A stretch of 64,000 nt of DNA, from assembly GCA_951406725.2 (NCBI GenBank), contig OX597834.1:22072001-22136000 (forward strand). Direction: 5' to 3'. The stretch's first letter is position 1; each line of letters starts with the position of its first letter. Below the pieces are notes generated by a model, which searched no databases, was not told the origin of the DNA, and saw nothing but the letters and a program-made list of their open reading frames with translations. A program made the translations under genes and the position numbers. This document shows positions 1 through 14,584 of this stretch, piece by piece. Source of the DNA: Octopus vulgaris. Lineage: Eukaryota.

Positions 1-780
1 TTTGTTTATCTCTCTCTCTGTATTTATCTCTTATTCTCTCTCTCTCTCTCACTTTATCTTTTATTCTATCTTTCTCTCTTTCGCTCTCCATCCATAATAA
101 TGGATACTGGAGGTATCGATAAATAGGCAGTAAATTGCAAATAGAAAGGGGTTGTTTTTTTTTTCCATTTTCCAGGCAAAAAACAAAAAATAAAAAATTT
201 TTTTTTAAGAAGTGACAAAAAGAAAAAAAAAGAACAAAAAAAAACAAAAGCAATAGAGAAGGCGGAAAAGAAAAAAAAAAAGATCCTTCGAAAATATATA
301 CCGGAACAACTGTAGTGGAACGGTAAAGAAGAGAAGAAAAGAATGAATGTTTGCGAAGCACATTGAATTCTTAAATAGTCTTCCACAAAGAATATCCAGT
401 TAAAGTTGCAACATTGAAATCATGGAAGCTTCAGATCCAAAGTAATTTTTCTTGGCGACAGCGAAGAAAAAAAAGAAAAAAAAAGGAAAAACACAAAAAG
501 GAAAAACAAAAAAAAAATGCAAGGAAAAAGAAGAGAAATGGATTAGTTCTTTGGGGCTCTTTTTTTGTCCTTTTTCCTGTAAAACTATTGTCCCAAGACA
601 GTAATATTTTTTTTTTCAATTTTTTTCGGTTTTTCGCTGTGCTTTTTGTTCTTTGGATAATTTTTCCGACTCTGCTATCATCATCATCATCATCTTCATC
701 ATCGTCGTCATGACAATCACTACAAGAACGACTACAGCTGCTACAATGACAACAACAACAACAACAACAACAGCAACAAT

Positions 781-819
<39 letters not shown>

Positions 820-1138
820 GGTCACAGTCGCTGCCGCCGTCAGCAGTAACAACAACAGCAGCAACAGCATTGTCAGCATCTCGATGATTGGCATCGTCAG
901 AGCATCATCATCATCACCGTCATCATCATCATGTTTGTAGACTGTTTAACCGCTGCGACCGTCAGCAGCAACAAGTAAGATGTGGAAAGGATCACGGCTA
1001 CTTCGTGCATCAACGAGAGTTATCTATTGCAACTAAATAATTTATGTTGTGATATTTCAGATATTTATCACATATTCTACACGCATACACACTCATATAC
1101 AAGCACACTTATACACACGCACACACATACCTACATAC

Positions 1139-1183
<45 letters not shown>

Positions 1184-1907
1184 GACTGACACATACATAT
1201 GTTTATATACATACACTAAGACTGACACACACACACACACACACACAGACACTCACATATATCTATATTTATATATACATATATATATATATATACATGC
1301 ACACATACACACACACATATATACACACACACACATACATACACATTTATATACACAAAGACTAACACACACACAGACACTCACATATATCTATATTTAT
1401 ATATACATATATATATATACACGCACACATACACACACACACATATATATATACACACACACATACACACATTTATATACACAAAGACTAACACACACAT
1501 ATATCATATCGTCAGCTGGATACTTACCACACACACAAATCCTACACACACATACACACCTACTGTACACCATACTACATACACACTTCCCTTGATATAC
1601 ACATCCAAACACATATCCCACCCCACCAATAAACACACACATACACTCAAATATATATATATATATATATACATACATACATACGTCATAGCATTTGCTT
1701 GCTGGATTCCCTCTCTCTCTTTCTCTCTCTTTCTCTCTCTCTCCACACACACAAGTATATACACACACACACACACACATAAATAAATGATCTTCATATT
1801 GGCTGGATTCTCTACCCCACCACTCTACATATACACACACAAACCCCTCCTTCCTCTCTCTCTTTCTCTCTCTCTCTCTTTCTCTCTCTCTCTCCACATA
1901 CACAAGT

Positions 1908-1938
<31 letters not shown>

Positions 1939-2491
1939 CACATACATAAATGATCATCATATTGACTGGATTCTCTATACCACCACTCTACATATACATA
2001 CACAAACCCTCCTCTTTCTCTCTCTCTCCACACACTCACACACACACTCTATAACTCTCAGGACCATGGAAACAGCGGCAAATCTATCAACGCATCCATC
2101 CTAAACTAACAATGGAATAACACCAGAAACAGCCACAACCCTGTTCTTCATTCTGCAACTTATTTATTTTGGATTCCATGTTTATTTCTACACACACACA
2201 CACACACACATGCAATCACCTATATATATATAAAGAAAGAGACATACAAACATATATGTACATATGTGTATGTATCTATGTATATTTATATATATATATG
2301 CAAGTGAACCCCCAAAATGTGAGACATGCTAACAAAACCTTGCTGATGTTTTGAGTATACTTTCATCAAGATCAATTCGGTAGAATGGAACAACAAGATT
2401 TTTTGGGATTCATTAACCAAAATTACTGCCCAAGGTTTGAGAATTATTTTTTATTTACTACATCCATCTGTTCATACATATATAATTATAA

Positions 2492-2544
<53 letters not shown>

Positions 2545-2656
2545 GTGACCGACCAGGCTATCAGATGTTGTTACACATCGCTGGTCACAATGCGCTTTGC
2601 ATTGTTTTAGCCTTCAAATTACGCCACCCCGCTGGCTAAGCGAGCAGGCCAATATA

Positions 2657-2688
<32 letters not shown>

Positions 2689-2690
<2 letters not shown>

Positions 2691-2910
2691 CTAATAAAAA
2701 GGGTTCAGCAAAGAATTGCCTCACCACACACACCGAAGTTCAGAAATAGCAGCCAAAAATCTTAGTGTGTGGTGAAGCAATTCTTTGCTGAACCCTTTTA
2801 TTAGTATTACTAAAAATTTACCGTATAACGGTCCTGTTTTCATACTGAATTCTACTTGGTGAAATTTATTGATTACTTCTTAATTAATTAATTTTACCCT
2901 TTGTTATTAC

Positions 2911-2912
<2 letters not shown>
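2689..2912. mobile_element. Fold-back repeat in a (TA)n tract, probable Penelope-like inverted terminal remnant
   Basis: Arms 2689-2731 and 2765-2806 are ~42-bp inverted repeats (1 mismatch, 1 indel). 2765-2905 is homologous in reverse to 54435-54580. (TA)n flanks both sides. Confidence 0.55.
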
Positions 2913-2952
<40 letters not shown>

Positions 2953-3112
2953 TATATTAATATTTTGTTTTTAATGTTCGGTCATATTTAATGCAATTCT
3001 ACTTAACCAAAAGGAATACTCCATACTGTTGTAGATTTATGAATTTATAAATTTCTTTAAGAACAAGAATAGTGCTGACAGTGAGTTTGAAGTTTCAGCT
3101 AGCTAAGCCATC

Positions 3113-3155
<43 letters not shown>

Positions 3156-3516
3156 ATGTGTGTGTGTATATATATATGTGTGTGTGTGTATATATGTGTG
3201 TGTGTGTGTATATATGTGTGTGTGTGTATGTATATATATGTATGCATGTACATATATTGAGGTTTGGTTTGATGTCAAGTTACGTAGGGAAAAAAAAAAT
3301 TTTAACATTAAATTGAAGTATTGATTTCTCAGTACTCTTTCTGTTAGAGTACATATTCATTAATTTTTACAAGGTAAAGGTTGACAGTAACTTTGAAGTT
3401 TTGGCTTGCTGACAAATGTCATTCTGATGAAATGCTTACAAGTCGAAACTTTGTGGTCACAGTCAACTGTTTCCTTCTAAAATTTTATATATATATATTT
3501 ATATACACACACACAT

Positions 3517-3563
<47 letters not shown>

Positions 3564-3576
3564 ACATGTGTGTGTG

Positions 3577-3622
<46 letters not shown>

Positions 3623-3999
3623 CAGATTTCTCTTTCAATTGTTAATTCTAAATTCTTATACTGTACCTCTTCAAAAAACAAAGCAGTGGGGTGGAAGAAA
3701 GCAACAAAACAGGGACCAACCAGGGGCCAGAAAGCAAAAAACAAAAAGAAAGAACAAGACCAAATTTTGTTCCCTTATGTGAATAATTTCTAGGTAGGGG
3801 CATCAGTCTACACTTAATTGAATCCAACCCACCCCGTTTCCAGAGCCCTCACTACCCTCTCCTTGGAATCTTGCCCCATTCCTTCTGTCGGTTGGTTATC
3901 TCTTGAAAATCTACATCCATCCTGGTTGTATATTAACGTTCTCATTCGATATCTTCATCACATGTTTGTTTTTTTTTTAACGATGGTGTTGAATGTTTT

Positions 4000-4692
4000 A
4001 GACATGACTGTGTGGTTAAGAAGCTTGTTTTGCAACCTGTGGGTTCAGTCCCACTTCACAGCACCTTGGGCAAGTGTTTTCTAGTATGCCCCCACCCCCG
4101 ACGAACCAATGTCTTGTGAATGACTGTGTATGTGTGTATGTATGTATGTATGTATGTATGTATATGTATGTGTATACATGCAATTATGTATATATGTATG
4201 TGTGTGTGTGTATGTATGTGTATACATGCAATTATGTATATATGTATGTGTATGTATGTAAGTGTATGTGTGTATATGTATGTATGTGTCTGTGTATGTA
4301 TGTGTGTACATGCAATTATGTATATATGTATGTGTGTGTGTGTGTATGTGTATACATGCAATTATGTATGTGTGTATGTATGTAAGTGTATGTGTGTGTA
4401 TGTATGTAAGTGTATGTATGTGTATATATGCAATTATGTATATATTTATGTATGTGTGTGTGTGTGCATATATGTGATTATGTATATGTGTGTGTTTGTG
4501 TTTTCCCCACTGTCACCCCTCAGCAACAGGTGTTGGTTTGTTTATGTCCCTCATGACTTAGCAATTTAGCATGAGAGCAATAAAATAAATAAAAAAAAAA
4601 GTAAAAAAAGGAATTACTGGGATTGACTTGTTTGACCGACCCCTTTGTGACGCTGCTCCAGCATGACCACAGACCACTGATTGAGACAAAGA
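4000..4692 (+). mobile_element. Decayed SINE family A copy with an expanded internal microsatellite
   Basis: Head 'gactgtgtggttaagaagcttg...gggttcagtcccact' and tail 'gctccagcatgaccacag..actgattgagacaa' match the copy at 25137-25544. Confidence 0.7.
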
Positions 4693-5427
4693 GATTCGTA
4701 GGACACCATCTTGAAGAATTTTAGTCAGATGAACCAACCCCAGAACTTATAATTTTTCAAGCCTGATACTTATTCTATCGGTCACTTTTGCCGGACTGCT
4801 AAGTTACAGGGATATAAACACACCAACACCGATTGTCAAGTGGTAGTGGAAGACAAACATACACACACACACACACACACACACATGTGATGGGCTTCGT
4901 TCAGTTTCCATTTACCAAATCCACTCACAAGGCTTTACTTAATCCAAGGCTATAGCAGAAGCCACTTGCCCAAAGTGTCATGAAGGAAAGCTCAGCATTT
5001 TTTCTCTCTTCATTTCTTTGTTCCGACCCTTCCTAAATATGACTGTTCAGAGTTTCTGTCGCTCTGCCAGCACCAGAATAATTAACCTATTTCTCTTTCT
5101 TCTAAGTTGAAGCAAACACTTTACATGTTAATTTTTAGATATTTTTGATATTTCCCTTGTAGGTTGCGGGGCGGTGTTACAGTAGCATTGTTAATTACAG
5201 GTTACTGGGTCACTTCATTTTGTGACAGTGAGAGAGACAAGGGAGTATCTGTAAATTAGAGCAAAACAAACACCACAGGGGACATCATTTGAAATACACC
5301 AGTTTTAAAACTTTTCTTACTGATGTTTTTATCTTTTGCCAATATACATCAGCAAAAGGTGTATACACAGAAACATTTATTCCAACATACATATATATCA
5401 TAATGTTGTGTGTGTAATTCATACATG

Positions 5428-5463
<36 letters not shown>

Positions 5464-5593
5464 TTATATAGTGTATAGACATTATCTAATACAGGACTCA
5501 ATAGGAATTTTCAAATCCAAAGAGCCAGCACAGCAAACATTATTAGTAACTGCTATATACAAATATATCATCATTTAATGTCTGTCTTCCATG

Positions 5594-5649
<56 letters not shown>

Positions 5650-5879
5650 TTGCATATGTGTATGTATGTATCTATGTATACGTACATGCATGCACTCACA
5701 AACAATGGAGCTCAAGGCTTCCTTTGGCTCCTCAGTTCATGTGAAACTGTCCAACCCATGCCAACATGGAAAAAAAGGATGTGAAATGATGCGTGTGTCT
5801 CTTTATGTGTGTATATGTACATATACACACATGTGTGTATATGTACATATACACACATGTGTATATATAAGTTTATATA

Positions 5880-5923
<44 letters not shown>

Positions 5924-6112
5924 AGTGAGTTTATATGTTTATATATATATACTCTGTTGGGTGGTTGGTGTTAGAAAGGGCATCCAGCCATATAAGCAGT
6001 TCCAAAACAGACACTGAAGTCTGGTACAGACTTTACCTGGTCAGCTCTTGGCCAACCCATGGCAGCATGGAAAGCAAACATTAAACAACGATCATGATCA
6101 TGATCATGATGA

Positions 6113-6153
<41 letters not shown>

Positions 6154-6659
6154 TATATGAATGCATGTCTGTTTATGCTTACACATATTCTGTATAAGCT
6201 TCAACCAAGTTTCCACTAATCATATTCCGCTATAGGACACTGGCCAGCCTGAGGTCCACATTGGACAGCGCCTGCTTACTCAAAATGCTACACAGCAGGA
6301 TCGAACCCACCATTAGTCCACCAGCATCCTGGCAGCACCCCATGGTTGCATTGCTGACTCCTTAAACCATACAAAGCCCCTTTATTTCTTCTGTAAACTC
6401 CTTCTCTTGCCCACCAAAACAATCAATAGATCTTCTCCAGTCGTGTCTACCTCAGCAACAGCGAGTTAACTCACTAACTCGGTAAAACTGCTAAGTGAGG
6501 CAAGGATGGTTGCTCGGTCGCTTGGCCGGCCGGCCGGCTGGTCGGTGGGGGAATTATTATTGATCTGTAATCACTTGTATGTCAACATCTCCTGATATCA
6601 ATTATCCTATGTATTCTACTGTCCGTGTGTGTGTATGTGTACATACATATATATATGTA

Positions 6660-6691
<32 letters not shown>

Positions 6692-7236
6692 CATGCATAT
6701 ATATGCATGTGTGTGCGTACTTGCATATATATATATATATATACACACGTACACACACACACATACAGATATATATATATATATATATATATATACATGC
6801 ATAAACATTACTTGTGTTATGCATGTAGACATCTGATTACTTATTCAGATATCACTTACATTTTCATCCAGTCTCATCCACACACCCACAACACACACAC
6901 ACTCGCATATATACATGTACTCATTCTCTCTTTCCCTCTCTCTCTCTCTCTCTGACACACTACACACTCACACACACAGCACATAAACTCTCTCTCTCTC
7001 TCTTTGTATCTTTGTCTTTCTCTCTCTCTCTCTCACTCATACATAAAACATGCCCACTCCATATACATACTCTCTCTTTCTCTCCTTCTCTCTCTGTCCC
7101 TATCATTCGCTAGAAATAATTTTCCTTCTTTGTATTTTATTTCTCATGTCCATCAAATATCAGTTTTTGGGGTTTTTTAAAATTTAATTTAATTTTTATA
7201 TCCAAAAGCTTTATTTTTTCATGTTAAGGGTTAAGT

Positions 7237-8012
7237 TGGTAGCTGTCGTTATAAGGGAATTTGACTGTAATTTCTAGCACATTGTACAGCTATGTACAGG
7301 CTCCCTTGTACAGAGATTCTGTGGTTGCTGTTGTTGTTGTTGTTGTTACTGTTTATCCCTCACATGATCTCTTATTACAGTAGGCCTTGGATCAAAAGTC
7401 TTCCAGCCACGACCATCTCATCTGTTTTTGTCTTATTTTTGAAGGATAGTATACCTTGGACTACCTTATCCAGTTGTTACATATTTCTTTTTAGAGAAAG
7501 ACAATAGTTGTATGTATGATTTGAAGGGAGTTTGGCTGTTGTTTCTAACACACTGCACATCCCATGTTGTTGTTGTAGCCCTAGGTCAATCCTGATAGAA
7601 ACACTAGTGGTCAAAGGTGTTTCCATAGTAACCATCTAGTCCCTTTTTTTATGCCACAGTGTATCTACAACGATATCATTCATTGTGTCCTGTCTTATGT
7701 TAGAAGGAAATTTAGCTGCTATGTCTAGTGGATCAAGCAACTGTATACAAGTTCCCACATTGTCTCAAAAAGGATTTTTTAATAACTAGGTTATCATTGG
7801 TGTTTAGCCCTAGGTCAGGCCTTGTGGACACAGACCTTTGACAGACCTTGCACATATAACTTATGCATTTTTTTGCATGGGGGTGGTGGAGCGTTAGATG
7901 TATCCAAAACCACATTGCTTAATGTGTCCTGCTGTTCTTTTAAGACAATGTTGTTCTATGTACAAATTGGCTGGTGTTTCTAGCAAATCGTGGCACCACA
8001 TACAGGCAGCCT
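7237..8012 (-). repeat. Head-to-tail array of about 4 decayed copies of a ~200-bp interspersed repeat (family D, (AAC)n tail)
   Basis: Recurring 'tttggctgNNgtttctag' and 'tagccctaggtca' motifs. The same family recurs on + at ~40730-40955, 48714-49100 and 54885-55225. Confidence 0.6.
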
Positions 8013-8510
8013 CTTTGGTTCATTAACATTTAAATTTGCTGTATGAGAAACCATCATCATCATCATCTTCATTGTTTTACTTCAGCATTCTATGCAGGCA
8101 TGGGTTAGAGGTGTCATAGTCCAAGTCGCTTCTTTCTGGAAGCCATCGCTCTCAGAAAGACTAGTGCTTTGTACATAACATCTTTGACTCAGTTTCTATG
8201 ATTTGATGCCATTCCTATCACCAACCACTTTACAGAGTGTACTGGGTGCATTTTATCATGGTATGAGCAAAATAAACTACTAGACTACTCAACTACCAAA
8301 ATTAATTTAACTTCCTGCTTCACTTTATGTAAATATGATGATTGGTGAAATATTGACGAAACATGTAGGACACACTAGGTCTGTTCTCTGGCATGTTGGT
8401 GCCCCACAAAGTATTGAATCAGTGATGCCAAATAAGCAGTTCCATAACAGCTGTACCAAAATGTTTCATACTCACTTGGGAGTGTGTCGGGTCCTCAATG
8501 AGTTAGTACT

Positions 8511-8920
8511 CTTTTACTCTTTTACTTGTTTCAGTCATTTGACTGCGGCCATGCTGGAGCACCGCCTTTAGTCGAGCAAATCGACCCCGGGACTTATTCT
8601 TTGTAAGCCCAGTACTTATTCTATCGGTCTCTTTTGCCGAACCGCAAAGTGACGGGGACGTAAACACACCAGCATCGGTTGTCAAGCAATGCTAGGGGGA
8701 CAAACACAGACACACAAACATATACACACACATACATATATATATATACATATATACGACAGGCTTCTTTCAGTTTCCGTCTACCAAATCCACTCACAAG
8801 GCATTGGTCGGCCCCGGGGCTATAGCAGAAGTCACTTGCCCAAGATGCCATGCAGTGGGACTGAACCCGGAACCATGTGGTTGGTAAGCAAGCTACTTAC
8901 CACACAGCCACTCCTGCACC
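8511..8920 (-). mobile_element. tRNA-derived SINE family A, full length
   Basis: Minus-strand head with A box (tggctgtgtggt) and B-box-like ggttcagtccc; internal (TA/TG)n; 'gtaaaaga' tail repeats; 7-bp TSD TAGTACT at 8504-8510 and 8921-8927. Confidence 0.9.
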
Positions 8921-9723
8921 TAGTACTTAACGAACTTCACAATTCTATGCTATCTCTGCTTGTTTGCTAAGCATTTTTGTAATGTGAATTTTCATGTAAC
9001 ATAGTTAGTTCAGTACCTGTTGGTGTGTTGCGTCCTTCAGCAAGACACTTTACTCCACGTCGCTCCAGTCCACTCAGCTGGCAAAAACGAGTGGTACTTG
9101 TATTTCAAAGGGGCCAGCCTTGTCACATTCTCCCTGAGAACTACATTAAGGGTCGTCTGTGAAGTGCTCAAGCACTTGCATGTTAATTTGACAACCAGGC
9201 TTTTCTTTTGATAGGATTGACTGGAACACTCATCATGGTAACCAACAGATCGCCAGAAATGCCACCAACACAAGAGAAATTTTCAATCCCTTCTTGTGAC
9301 AATACCAAAAGGGACCCCGCAGCCCTACATTTTCTCTACTCATTTGCCATCCACTTTATAATGGTTACTGGGTACATATTCCTCAGACACCAAATCTTCC
9401 TCAAAGCTAGGCATCAGCATGGTTGTGTGGTATGACGCTTGCTTCTCGACCACATGGTTCTGGGTTCTGTCCACATGGTACCTTGGGCTGACCATAGCCT
9501 TATGATTGGATTTGATAGACAGAAACTGGAAGAAGCCTTGAGTGAGAAAACGGTATGGACAGATTTTTGGAGTCCAATATTACCCTGTACGCCTATTTGA
9601 TTATGAAGATTTACAAACATACTTTCCCAGTGATACTCAGTTTACCTACCATTATAAATAATACCAAATGTCCTTTCTCAGACCTTTCATAATGTGATAC
9701 AAGTCTTTGGTGTAGCAATTGCA

Positions 9724-9811
9724 TGCGGCTGAAGAGGGCTTTTAAACTATCTGTTATGTCAATTATACATTGATGTAAGAATAAGTTGTTTTATAAAGCT
9801 CGAAACATGTA
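9724..9811 (+). ncRNA. Hammerhead ribozyme motif (PLE type), interrupted after the cleavage triplet
   Basis: CTGAAGA 9729-9735; stem II GGGCTTT/AAAGCTC; GAAAC 9802-9806; palindromic ACATGT; GTA 9809-9811. The stem I partner of TGCGG ('ccaca') appears only after the CR1 insert, at 10050-10054. Confidence 0.55.
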
Positions 9812-10046
9812 ATAATAATAATAATTGTGTACAGTGCTCAGGTGCACTATAACTCATCTAAAGTGTATATATAATCAGGTGTAGTTTCGGCGGATTTCGG
9901 AAAGCATGAGGGCCTTAAAGGATGCAGTGTCATGGCAGTCAACAACTGACGCAGGCAGTTTATTCCATGCTTCAGCAACTCTGAGCGTGAAAAAATGTTT
10001 CCGAAAGTCATGGGAGCTGTGTTGTTTTCTGACTTTGTAGGCATGT
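9812..10046 (-). mobile_element. CR1-type LINE 3' fragment
   Basis: Minus frame HAYKVRKQHSSHDFRKHFFTLRVAEAWNKLPASVVDCHDTASFK matches the CR1 ORF2 C-terminal pattern (HFF..RV...WN.LP); ends in an (ATT)n tail. Confidence 0.85.
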
Positions 10047-10407
10047 GTACCACAACATCCTTTGTGTCCTGTTTTTCATTTTATTTCATTTGATACATTT
10101 ATCCTCTCACCTCTGTTACTAGCTGGCATATACAGGTGCTTACATTTATCAAGTATTCATCCTGAATTTAGAGATAGATATAGATAGATGTGTGTCTTTA
10201 TGTCAGTGTTTGTTCCCTACCACTTCTCTGATTCCTTTTGGGGTAACCTTAATTAGAGCAGGACCTGTGGAGGAGAAGTTGTGTTTCCATGTCTGTCTGT
10301 GTTGTGAGCCTGAATTTTGTAGGGGAAGTATGTATGGCACAGGGTCCCAGCCTTGGATAAATTCTGAATTTGATAAGGTCATTTGGGCAGTGCTGGAGAT
10401 ATATTAG

Positions 10408-10638
10408 GGCGGCGAGCTGGCAGAAACGTTAGCACGCTGGGCGAAATGCTTAGCAGTATTTCGTCTGCCGCTACGTTCTGAGTTCAAATTCCGCTGAGGT
10501 CGACTTTGCCTTTCATCCTTTCGGGGTCGATAAATTAAGGACCAGTTACACACTGGGGTCGATATAATCGACTTAATCCGTTTGTCTGTCCTTGTTTGTC
10601 CTCTCTATGTTTAGCCCCTTGTGGGTAGTAAAGAAATA
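10408..10638 (+). mobile_element. tRNA-derived SINE family B, full length
   Basis: ggcggcgagctggcagaa head, gagttcaaattcc B box, 'gtaaagaaata' end; 12-bp TSD GCTGGAGATATA at 10392-10403 and 10639-10650. Flanks look like an older decayed LINE fragment. Confidence 0.9.
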
Positions 10639-10827
10639 GCTGGAGATATACTTTCCCCAGTTCACCAATTACCCTACAGCTATTTTGACTGAAGGTCTAG
10701 TCACATGTTTTCTGTAATGAGTAACGAATGCTACTTTGAAAGATGCTTACATTGATTTGCTTCTATTAAAGAAGACTGTGTCATATACACACAAACATAT
10801 TATATATAGTGTATCTTTTCTGTTATA

Positions 10828-11229
10828 TACTCTTTTACTCTTTTACTTGTTTCAGTCATTTGACTGTGGCCATGCTGGAGCACTGCCTTTAGTCGAGCAA
10901 ATCGACCCCAGGACTTATTCTTTGTAAGCCTACTACTTATTTTATCGGTCTCTTTTGCCGAACTGCTAAGTTACGGGGACGTAAACACACCAGCATCAGT
11001 TGTCAAGCAATGTTGGGGGCACAAACACACACACATACATATATACATATATATATACACATATATACGACGAGCTTCTTTCAGTTTCCGTCTACCAAAT
11101 CCACTCACAAGGCTTTGGTCAGCCCGAGGCTATAGTAGAAGACACTTGCCCAGGGTGTTACACAGTAGAACTGATCCCAGAACCATGTTGTTGGGAAGCA
11201 AGCTTCTTTACCACACAGCCACACCTGTG

Positions 11230-11231
<2 letters not shown>
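10828..11231 (-). mobile_element. SINE family A
   Basis: Colinear with and highly similar to 8511-8920. Confidence 0.88.
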
Positions 11232-11293
<62 letters not shown>

Positions 11294-11531
11294 CATATAT
11301 ATATATATACATATATATGCACACACCAGGTGAGTCAGTCCTAAGCTTTACAGGGGCAAAACCAAAACCAACTCTATGACCAACCATAACTTTTAACTTC
11401 CTATAAAATACATTCCTGCTCTAATGCTTTAGAACAGGGGTTCTCAACCATTTTTTTATCTATGGGCCCCTTTTCATTTTGATTCTATTCTGGTGGACCC
11501 TATAGCCATTCAATGTTTAAAAACTAATTTT

Positions 11532-11935
11532 ATACTCTTTTACTCTTTTACTTGTTTCAGTCATTTGACTGAAGCCATGCTGGAGCACCGCCTTTAGTTG
11601 AGCAAATCGACACCAGGACTTATTCTTTGTAAGCCTACTACTTATTTTATCGGTCTCTTTTGCCGAACTGCTAAGTTACGGGGACGTAAACACACCAGCA
11701 TCGGTTGTCAAGCGATGTTGGGTGGACAAACACAGACACACAAACATATACACATATATATACACATATATATGACGGGCTTCTTTCAGTTTCCGTCTAC
11801 CAAATCCACTCACAAGGCTTTGGTTGGACCGAGGCTATAGTAGAAGACACTTGACCAAGGTGTCATGCAGTGGGACTGAACTCAGAACTATGTGGTTGGT
11901 ATTCAAGCTACTTACCACACAGCCACTCCCTATGC
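11532..11935 (-). mobile_element. SINE family A, adjacent to the left end of a hAT-like MITE (~11435)
   Basis: Colinear with 8511-8920; 'caggggttctcaacc' TIR-like start lies upstream. Confidence 0.88.
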
Positions 11936-12473
11936 CTATAAGAACACAAAACACACACATACACTGTTTCTACCTCTATTTCTCCTAATCACTTTGAACA
12001 CACAAAAAACAAACTACTTACAAGCAAAACAATGTCGAAACAAAGGAATAACAGGATCTGTTTAACTCTCAAATACAGTTTATTTCATGCCATATTGATG
12101 ATAATACATTCTGTTGTGAATCTGCAAAAGATGTGTTGTTATCGGCTTTGAATAACTGATTTAGCCCCGAGAAACACTCTCCTCCGTGTTGTTGGTATCA
12201 TTTGATTATTTTCTCCTTTGTTTTGGGGCTTGTTTGTTTTGTGGGGGTTTTTTTCTTTTGTTACTGTGGCACTGTGGAACTATATGTGTGTATGGTGAGA
12301 GTATGAAGTTAAGTCCCTATCTGTTTGAGCCCCAGGCAGAACAATGAATCCGATGGACCCCTGCTTCCGCTCCATGCTACTTTCGGATCATATAATGGAA
12401 AATAGAACTGAAGAGAGAGGGAGAGAGAGAAATATTGGATTGTTCTGAAATGTAATTTTGCATACATACATAT

Positions 12474-12945
<472 letters not shown>

Positions 12946-13192
12946 GATTGGATGCACTCAACGAGGGACAATTAAACTGCATGGGTTTCAACTCTAATGT
13001 TAAACATGCCACAGGTATTTCTCTTTCAATTGTCAGATAATGTGTTTGCTGCATGCTGGCCCTTTAAGCTGCATCAACATGTTGCATCTGTAATGTGGCG
13101 TCATGTGCTGCCGAATACTGAATCATATGTAACAAATGGAATGCAGGAATACCAAGTTACACTCCATGTTCTTTCCTCTTATGGTATATAGG

Positions 13193-13254
<62 letters not shown>

Positions 13255-13324
13255 CATACACACACATATATATATACACACACACACATATATATACACA
13301 CACACACATATATATACACACACA

Positions 13325-13400
<76 letters not shown>

Positions 13401-14584
13401 TATACATGTAACATTTGGCTTCCTTGAACAGGATTTGTTTATCTCCACATACACACATTGAGATCAGAATGGTGGAGAATGAGATTTGGGCGAGCAATGT
13501 CAGTTTGATTGAAATGATGTTACATGGAACAGACAACTGATTGCAGAAGATTTTTAGGGAAGCCCTTTCAAAGTAATTAATTCTTTCCCTTTCTGTACCC
13601 CCTCTCTCTTCACCTCTCTCCCTTTCTCTCTCATTTTCCTCTTTCTATCTTTCTCTTTCTCTCTTTATCTTTCTTTCCCCATCTCTTCCCCCCCTCCCCC
13701 ACTCTCTGTCTATCAGATCAATGCTCAGTTTAAGGAGCAACTAGAAAAAAAAAGGTGCTCCTCTTTTCACCACCACCACCACCACCTTTCGTCCCCTTTT
13801 CCACTTGCCTCTCTGCCCACCTGCCTCTCTGCCTTCCTCCTTTCCAACCTCTTTCTCGCTCTCTCTCTCTCTCACCCTTTCACCCACCCTACCCACCTGC
13901 CAATCAACCTACCTGCCACCTGTTTGAATGAAGAACTAAACCAATTCTCTTTGAGTGGGTGAATGAGTCAACAGTGAAAAGTCACTTGAAATTCCTTTGA
14001 GTTTGTAGGGTCTTTTTTTATTTTTCATGTTTTTTAAAGAATTTTTATCATTTCATTCCTGAATGTTTTTCAACAGGATCATAAAATTGTTTTGGGGCTG
14101 AAAAATTTTTCCAACTTTAATTTTAAAAAAAATTTTTTAATCAATTGGTTGATTGCTTTTTGTCTTTTTCTTTCCTTTTTTTTTGTGTTTTGCTTTGTTA
14201 TCTTATCATAGTTATTCTTTAATTTATGTAATTAATTACCTTTCATTTATCGAGTTTGAGGATTTTTTATAAGTTAGTCATGGGTTTGAGGAGTAGTACT
14301 ATCCACCCATCAGCTTTGGCTCTACTTTTTCCCATCACTTTTGGCAAGAGTGATTCTGCTGTAGCCTGGTCACAGCTCACAGGTTGAAAATGGGTAAAAG
14401 AAAGCCTCTCTGATGCCCACCCTCAATATACCCTCTACAAAATTAATTCATTAACATCTGCAACAAAACCCTGGAATGGCACTTGCTTGTGGCTGTCATT
14501 CTGCACTGACCAAAATCTTTAACAGTTGTCATAGTCGATTAGATTGAACCTCTTGTCCCCTTCATCAGAGCTTGATGATCTCTC

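Noticed and set aside
422-447. First coding exon MEASDP|gtaatt
   Set aside because: Weak donor and no supporting downstream exon.
8840-8920. tRNA genes at SINE heads
   Set aside because: They have A/B-box-like motifs but continue into SINE bodies with tails and TSDs; no complete cloverleaf was evident.
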